Positions 55,888 through 64,000 of a DNA stretch of 64,000 nt are shown here, piece by piece. Made by a program: the position numbers and the translations under genes. Source of the DNA: Eledone cirrhosa (lineage: Eukaryota). Numbering within the stretch: the first letter of the stretch is position 1; every line of letters begins with the position of its first letter. The DNA lies in contig OZ024753.1 in the NCBI GenBank assembly GCA_964016885.1, positions 44,702,001-44,766,000 on the forward strand, written 5' to 3'. The notes under the pieces are model-generated. The model was given only the letters and a program-made list of their open reading frames with translations, searched no databases and was not told the origin of the DNA.

Positions 55888-56670
55888 AAGGCACATGACC
55901 TGGAGGTTAGGGTGTTGGATCTTATGATCATAAAGTCATAGGTTTGATTCCTAGACCTAGTTGTGTATTGTGTTCTGGAGTAAAATACTTTATTTTACAT
56001 TGCTTCTTCCAGTAAGGGTTGTAACTGGTACACTGCTTATTGCTTCTTCTGACAAGAGTTGTGACTGGTACATTGCATATTGCTTCTTCTGACAAGAGTT
56101 GTAACTGGTACACTGCTTATTGCTTCTTCTGACAAGAGTTGTGACTGGTACATTGCATATTGCTTCTTCTGACAAGAGTTGTAACTGGTACACTGCTTAT
56201 TGCTTCTTCTGACAAGAGTTGTGACTGGTACATTGCATATTGCTTCTTCTGACAAGAGTTGTAACTGGTACACTGCTTATTGCTTCTTCTGACAAGAGTT
56301 GTGACTGGTACATTGCATATTGCTTCTTCTGACAAGAGTTGTAACTGGTACACTGCTTATTGCTTCTTCTGACAAGAGTTGTGACTGGTACATTGCATAT
56401 TGCTTCTTCTGACAAGAGTTGTAACTGGTACACTGCTTATTGCTTCTTCTGACAAGAGTTGTGACTGGTACATTGCATATTGCTTCTTCTGACAAGAGTT
56501 GTAACTGGTACACTGCTTATTGCTTCTTCTGACAAGAGTTGTGACTGGTACACTGCTTATTGCTTCTTCTGACAAGAGTTGTGACTGGTACACTGCTTAT
56601 TGCTTCTTCTGACATGAGTTGTGACTGGTACATTGCATAAGCAATGAAAAAAAAACCAATGGAAACATTG
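55888..56670 (+). mobile_element. CORE-like SINE carrying an internal 40-bp minisatellite (80-bp dimer periodicity, 55998-56638)
   Basis: Head at 55888-55998; the unit matches the single-copy segment of SINE 58038-58212. Confidence 0.8.
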
Positions 56671-58037
56671 TTGTCTATATCTGTTTGGCTGCTTTCTTTT
56701 CCTTTTATACAAGTTGAAATTTCACATTTCACAACACACCAACATCAACATGTAAACCATAAAATTCAATATAAAATGTGAAGTTGTAATGAAACCCATT
56801 GAAGTCCTTGGTAAATTGAGACTTTTGCTCAATTTCAAATTTGATATGAAGTAAATTCATTTAACTTATAACCTCTTTTCTTTCTTTAACTGTCCATCAT
56901 TACTGATAAGGAATGATGGTCTCATTGTTATTTGGAAGTACCTGCACATACACAGGTGCAAGCTGGTGTTGCAGCTGCCATTTCTAGAACATGCACAACA
57001 CACATGTGCAGATGTTAAGGAATGCTGCAGTGCAGTGTTGATCTTTCTGTTTGTTCATGGTGCAGACTTGTTAGAACTTTAGCTGGGTTTCTTGGAAAGC
57101 CTTTAACTCCAGTGTAAGGGATTCAGCACCAATAGGTAGTGCGACAGGCCAAATCTTTCAACTGGATTTTAGGGAATTTTGCACAGTTTGATCAATTGTC
57201 TCGGTTGTTTGTAGTGCTATTTCCTCAGACCACCCTACCATTATGTTACAAACACCACCTAATACATTCAGGAGAGGTATAAAACTTTCAAACTCCTAAC
57301 ATTCTCTTCTCTTTCTGCCACCTAAAAAAACAGTAAATATGGTTTTGATAATTTTTCTTGCTTTATCTTGATAATAATGGTTTTATCTTTTCCTTTCATC
57401 AAGAGAATAGGAGGAAATAAACCTTATAAAATTTCAGTTGATATGATTGATTGTAAAATATAATTACCAGATAATACATCTACAGAGCTTTGACTGTCGA
57501 AGTTGATCAATATAATGTGAGGTTATCGATTACAAGATCAATAATTCATATTACATCACTTCTGTGCTCTGATCAACATATTTAGCTTATAAATGGTTCA
57601 GTCCCCTTAACAATGATATGTAGTATGAGTGATAGAGCTCAGAGCTCAGTGAGGGAGTCAGCAGGAGCACTGTATAAATCACAAATGTTTTATCTTGCAG
57701 TGAGTAGTACCGCCACATTATCTAAAATGTCTCTGATTCTACCTAAGATTTGATGGATACTTGGTTTCTATTTCTAGCAGGTCAATGAACTACATAGAGG
57801 TACTCTCATGATAGCTCAATCAGAGAGGATGTAGACTATGGTCGTAGCTGTATTATAGAGAGGACAAAGTAGCTTCTAAGTAGCTTCTAAGTAGATTAGA
57901 GGTCATAGTATTTCAGGAGGTAAAAGCACTGATGAATGAGATCGAAGTCAATGGTCTTTCTAGTTTCTGCTTTCTCTACATATTTTCACAGAATTCTCTT
58001 ATTTAGAAGGTAATAAATTATTCTATTTATTTTATGA

Positions 58038-58212
58038 AAGCACATGGCCTATTTGGTTAGGGAATCGGATTCATAATCGTGAGGCTGCAAGTTCAATTCC
58101 TGGACCGGGCGATACGTTATGTCCTTGAACAAGATACTTTGCTCCTTCTGCCAGGAGTTGCGACTGGTAGATAGTCTCAGTAATAGAAAGACTGATGGAA
58201 ACATAGTTTCTT
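58038..58212 (+). mobile_element. CORE-like SINE, unexpanded
   Basis: tRNA-like head followed by ttgctccttctgccaggagttgcgactggtag...atggaaaca. Confidence 0.7.
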
Positions 58213-61200
58213 TGTGGTGGTGGTGGGGAGGGGGGGGGGGGGTTATTTGATGAGTTCCACCCTATTCGGTAAGTGAATGAGGTCTGGGATTTTGTCAATG
58301 GTTTTTTTTAAAAAAGTTTATTTTCTGAGCGAAATACTCTAACCACTAAGCCACACACCTTCACATATAGAGCCTAACTTTCAGTAAAGTAACTTGTTAT
58401 AGGCTGGATTATCTCAGCAACACATTAATTTATCAAGCTCATTACCTTTATCCACCATACTATTACCACTGGAAATAATTGCTGTAGTATTTTCTGGTTC
58501 CCATATAATGATGAAGAAACAGAATAGTTATAATCCATATAATCCTAGCTACTACTTTGGGCATTTCAAAGAACAACGTTTGTGTGTGTGTTTTTTCTCT
58601 GTTTTTTCTGTTTTTTGTTTTGTTTTTAAAATGTAATGCAGTTAACCTTTTAGCTATGTTGCAGCTATGATTGGAGTTACTACCAGCGTTTAATACTCTA
58701 TGTCTAACTTAAAGAGACATAATTAGTTTTGATCAGCTAATTAATTATTCTGTATAATTCACTGTTTGGTGGCGGTGGTGTTGGCAGTTCAGTTTCTAAG
58801 CTTTCATACTATTAACTCTTTATAACAGAGATACATCTCTTGTATAATTGGTTGTTAACAAAATGTACAAGATTCTTCAATTAAGTTTTGCGTTTTATTT
58901 ATTTCTTAACAAAGATTCTTAAATTTTCTTCCTAGTATTTTTTATTTTTAATGTATTTTATTTTTATCTTATTTTTTTTATTTTCACGCCATTTCAATTA
59001 ACCCAAACTTCTGAAAATACGGCATTGCGAGACTTTTGTGCCCAAAGAGCTTCGAGTTTCACGTAAATCTGTCAAAATGTATTTATTTTGGTATTCTGAT
59101 ATTCTTAAAAGTGAAGCTGTGAACGTTTCTAATTCTTTAAAGTATTAAATCTTCATAACAAAAATTTCTCACTTATTTCATTTCCCATTCATCTAATCAG
59201 GACTAGAGTTAGACCTTGGGGCGGGGGTAACCTGAGGTAGTTCAGGTTTGGTGGGACCCTCATATAACAACACAGGTTTTTATTGTTTATAATCAATCAA
59301 TATTTAAGGACCTTTGTATCGTGTGTTCATATTAGTAGCACCACCAGTAACTCACTGAATCACCTGTTTCTCTAAAGTCTGTTTTAAGCCAGAAGGATCG
59401 TTAGGCCGGTGCTTATCCCAGTTTCATGGTGTGAAGTGACTGAGAGTACAAGACTTCCCCCTTGGTGCAAGGCAGTACTAGTGCCATGATAAAATTCACT
59501 TAGTTCATTCTGTAAAGTAGTAGTGTTCGTGTCACAATAAAAGCATCCAGTCCACCCTGTAATATGGGAGCATCAGAGTCACAATAAAATGTCAGTACAC
59601 ATTGTAAAGCTGTTAATGATTATCCAGCTATAGAAACCTAGATGATGATGATTATATATTGTGTATGCACTTGAAGACTTCTATTTATTAACCCTGCCTC
59701 TTCAAAAGCTACTCATACCTCTATGGCTGTCTGGAGAAATACTTAACTGATAAGAAGATAATACTCTAGGAATACCATTAAGTAGCTAATTGTTATACTT
59801 GATTAATGGATGTTTGGTCTTTGAAGGTGTATAAAATGAACTCCTGGTCTACTCTCAATCTTCTTAATCTCTACAGTGGGTTTTAATTGTTTAGTTTATA
59901 ATTACGTCCTGAAGTGAGAGATTCTCATTAAAAATATTCTTAAGCAGATACCTTTAAAATTGCTTTCAATAATGTTCGATGGTCGATATTTGATCCACAT
60001 CTTATGGAATAAATGCACTACTTTCTATAAAATAATCTTGATCGGTTTTTCCGATGTAATTGCTTCATCAAAGTAGAATTTATCCCTGATTACTTGGTGG
60101 CTGTAACAGTTGTTGGAATTCATTCTTGTATAGTCGATCCCCAGTGACATAAACTACCACATAAAGTCGTATGTGTTGTGAATACGATAGAAAAAAAGAA
60201 AAAGGAAAAAGATTTTTAAAAAAAGCAAACAAACATTAAGTAATAAAAAGTACCACCACAAAAATAAAGCAATTTCGATCTGAGAGAAATATGGGGGAAA
60301 AAAATAAAAATTATGCGACCACCTTCCTTTGCAATGGCAGTTTTTCATTTTATCTCTTTCTATCCTGTCAACTGATTCGATAATTTTTCTTCACAAATTA
60401 TTAGTATTATCATTATTATTATTTCAGGCATGTTAACCTAGGACAGATTCCATTTGTATTGATGGATCGCTTGTCTGTGAATTTTTAATTACTTTTCAAC
60501 AAATATTAAGTATGAATTTTGTTCACAGCAGATGTTATTTTTTGTTGTTTGCCTCAATCTCTCTCGCTCTCTATCTCTCTCTCGCTCTCTATCTCTCTCT
60601 TGCTCTCTCTCTCTCCAGATATACACACACAAGATAATAAACAAGCTGTTTAAAAGCTTGTTAACAACCAACAAATATTAACACAACTACCTGCCACTAG
60701 TACACAAATGTAGTGCTTCTTGAGAAAATTGTTTGCTAATAGAAGAAAAAAAAAAAGCAATTTTTTTTTTATATTCTTTTGTCATATTTATTCCACCATC
60801 AGACTCACCACTGGGACTAATAGCTTTATTTTTTTTTTTTTTTTTTGCTTTCATCCTCATTTTTGTTTTCTCCTTCGTTCAAATTATTGTCTATTACGTT
60901 TCGAAAACATTGTATTTAAAATCGAAAATTGGGTCCCACTAAGCCTACATTGATAACTCTCTCTCTCTCTCCCTATATATATATATATATATATTATATA
61001 TGTGTGTGTGTGTGCATATATATGCACTCCTTTGTTTCTGTTATGAAAAATTGAGCAAAGATATAAAATTGATTCATAAGCAAGTAATTTTCATGATATT
61101 TCTCAATTTTTCATTCGTTGAAGATGTTTTGGGTTTTTTTTATGTCATTTTACATTATATTTTCTGCAAAAAATCTCTTTCTTCTTGTATGTCATTACAT

Positions 61201-61640
61201 TTATCGGCAATTTTCATAAATAATAATAACAATAATGTGTTGTTGTTTTTCATAACAATAATAATAATAATAATGATAATAATTTTTTTTCATAATAATA
61301 ATAATGTGAGGGATTTCAAGGAATTCTAGCCATGATTGATGAAAGAAAAAGAAAATAAGTACCATGTAATGTGGATTATATATTTTTATAGTTTTACTGT
61401 GGCATATATCAGTCATATGGTGATAGTAATAACTAACTTTTTAGTACAATGTATAACATTAGTTTGTAATAACTAAGGGAGAAATGGAAATGGGTCTTTC
61501 TGTTTCAAAACACAATTTGAAACTTATTACTATTAATTCTTCAACCAAAGAATATATTCTACTAAATGTACCTAAGATAAAAGAGTTACTAGTAGAGAAA
61601 ATATAAAGGAAGTACAAATGCAATCTCTTCCTTTTCAATG

Positions 61641-61672
<32 letters not shown>

Positions 61673-61862
61673 AGTATGTATACAAACGTACAGTAGTATG
61701 TATATATATATATACATACATGCACACATATATATATGTACGTATGGATTCACCGAACATTTATTATAATGCTCGGTGTGTTTGTAAACAAACATCCCGA
61801 ATTAAGCCGTACAGTGTCTAGCAACCATCGTTGCTCATTTGTTCAACACTGACAAAGGAATG

Positions 61863-61899
61863 CTGTACTAGTTTCAAGCTTATTAGCTATCGTCAGCAA
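61863..61899 (-). ncRNA. Minimal hammerhead ribozyme (inverted copy, family G)
   Basis: Reverse complement ttg-CTGACGA-t-agct-aata-agct-t-GAAA-ctag-TA-cag. Confidence 0.7.
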
Positions 61900-62056
61900 G
61901 AGTGAGAAATGAAATTTCGTTTCATTTTTTCCGTTTATCGTTTTCGGTGCGCCCGGCCGATTAACTCACTCGATATGCAATTTAGGCTGCTCAGCCATTA
62001 ATATGCATAAGGAAAGTATATACTTTCAGACGTTCAATCATCTGGCAGGAAGGTAT

Positions 62057-62099
62057 ATATTGCTGACGATAGCTAATAAGCTTGAAACTAGTACAGCGT
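62057..62099 (+). ncRNA. Minimal hammerhead ribozyme (family G)
   Basis: atattg-CTGACGA(62063-62069)-t-agct-aata-agct-t-GAAA(62084-62087)-ctag-TA-cagcgt. Confidence 0.75.
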
Positions 62100-62399
62100 T
62101 CCTTTGTCAGTGTTGAACAAATGAGCAACGATGGTTGCTAGACACTGTATGGCTTAATTCGGGATGTTTGTTTACAAACACACCGAGCATTATAATAAAT
62201 GTTCGGTGAATCCATACGTACATATATATATGTGTGCATGTATGTATATATATATACATACTACTGTACGTCAATATACATATATGTATGTACGTATACA
62301 TACTTATATTTAAGTAACAGCCGTACTAAGAGTGAGAAATGAAATTTTGTTTAATTTTTTCTGTTTATATATATATATATATATATATATGTATAGCTG

Positions 62400-62800
62400 A
62401 GACAACACAAGATCAAAGTAAACTAAGTGAACTTGATACACAGACTTTTGAAACTGAGAATCAAGTTGATACTTTGAACCAATCAAAGTTTGACACATGG
62501 ATGAATTTTGAAACGACTTTTTCAAACAGATTCTCTGTGCTTGTTGATTATATTCTGGGAACTTAGGAATAGTGGGAAGAAGTGAAGACTGGCATGAGGG
62601 AAAGCCAGGAAAAAAGGTGCTGGGTTACCAAAAGAGGCTTGAAGGAAGTCTCGATATCAAATTGGGTATGGAACTTGACTGAGGAAAGGAAGCTCTGACA
62701 GAGAAAATGTCAAATTAAATCAGAAACTCCAAATATGGTTTACCAATATATATTGTGAAGAATCAGAATGATGAAATGAAACAGTGCACAGAAAAATAAA
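62400..62800 (+). pseudogene. Decayed RTE LINE fragment (EN-RT linker)
   Basis: NRFSVL...WEEVKTGM..VLGYQK..ISNWVWNLTEERK-like motifs across stops and frameshifts. Confidence 0.5.
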
Positions 62801-63690
62801 TATGGAAGGCTTATATATATATACGAAGATGATGATGATGATATATAGGAATATGTGTGTATGTGTGTGTATAAGTTGTTATAATTAGGTAGATATATTT
62901 ACTTGTATGTGTGTAAACGTGCGTTTGTGTGTATTTGCATATATACATATATAATTCATATTCTATGGTTCATGTTGCAGAAATAAATATATTTTTGTAG
63001 TAACAAATAATATATATATATATATATATATATAATTGTGTGTGCATCTATCTATATATATATAGAGAGAGAGAGATAGACAGACAAATAGATAGATAGA
63101 TTTAATTTCCTAACTTTTGAGATAAGGTACAAAATAAAATTACCTTACTAAAGCAAGGATAGTTACTAATTTAGTATTTTATTGAGTGGAAAAAAAGAAA
63201 GTGATTCTATATGAGATCTATACAAATGTATTTAGCTGTTGATCTCAATGGAAAAAATAACACCTGTTTTTTGGTATTCACTGAAATGTATTGCAATTTG
63301 CAAAATCGATAGGCAAGCCATTTGAAAGCAAAACATCGAGGTTACAATTTAATGCAGGTGTTACAGTGTGGTGCTGATGAATTTCCAAGAAACCATTTAT
63401 TCTATGTTATTACTGAAGCTTTTCGGATTCCCAAATTGTTGTTGTTGTCCTTCTTCCTGTCCTTTTTTTTGGCTGATTCCTCGTCATTCACTGCCACTCC
63501 TCTAGTTTACCATTCATATAGAATTTTGGTTTTTGTTGTTGTTGGTTTTTGTTGTTTTGGGGTTTTTTGGGAGAATAACTTATATATCAATCTAGTTATC
63601 TTTCTATCTATCTGTCTGTTTGTTTGTTTGTCTATCTATATATATATCTATGTATATATGTCTATCTATATATATCTATGTATATATCTA

Positions 63691-64000
63691 TGGCCATGTT
63701 CGATATGCAGAAAAGGAACTGGCATAAATTCTATAAAATGCACACAATGCAGATCCTGGGTACACAAGAGATGTAGCGGGATAGCAAGCAAACTAACAGG
63801 TAGGGAGAAATATGTATGCAGTAGATGTACAGGGAAATTAGACAGTAGAAGTCGCATTGATAGACACATTTTTCAAATGCAGGAGGGCGCTATAGAAGTG
63901 GTGGATAGCTTCCGGTACCTAGGAGATCAGATTAGCATGGGAGGAGGGTGTTCCGAGGCCATAGTATCTAGAATAAGGATGGGTTGGAAGAAGTTTAGGG
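63691..64000 (+). mobile_element. 5'-truncated RTE LINE ORF (PHD finger followed by the RT YLG motif), running off the window
   Basis: Open frame WPCSICRKGTGINSIKCTQCRSWVHKRCSGI...YVCSRC...IEVVDSFRYLGDQISMGGGCSEAIVSRIRMGWKKFR. Confidence 0.85.

Larger units (their letters stand above)
61667..62368. mobile_element. TA-inserted element, family G: inverted arm plus 430-bp terminally redundant monomer
   Basis: Inverted arms ~61667-61899 and 62060-62308; 41-bp direct repeat 61898-61938 and 62328-62368; TA runs on both sides. Confidence 0.85.

Overview
Eukaryotic, very AT-rich and microsatellite-saturated non-coding DNA with a SINE/LINE repertoire typical of an octopod cephalopod genome (inferred). 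It is probably intronic or intergenic. No host protein-coding gene can be called; almost all listed ORFs are translations of simple repeats. Recognisable content: tRNA-derived SINEs (Nin/Deu-domain-like and CORE-like, one carrying an RTE tail), RTE and R4/Dong-type LINE fragments (one with a PHD finger inside the RT region), piggyBac-like MITEs, and several minisatellites that grew inside transposons. Main signal: about ten different short non-coding element families sit in or beside (TA)n tracts. Many carry minimal type I hammerhead ribozyme motifs (stem I-CUGANGA-stem II-GAAA-palindromic or mini stem III-UH-stem I'). They recur in one architecture: two head-to-head arms with family-specific fixed 3' ends (one short, one with a ~60-170 bp tail) and variable 5' truncations. 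Two of them are terminally redundant 430-bp and 315-bp monomers holding one ribozyme each. This fits non-autonomous Penelope-like (PLE) or retrozyme-type elements that target TA repeats. No PLE RT or GIY-YIG coding sequence is visible in the window.
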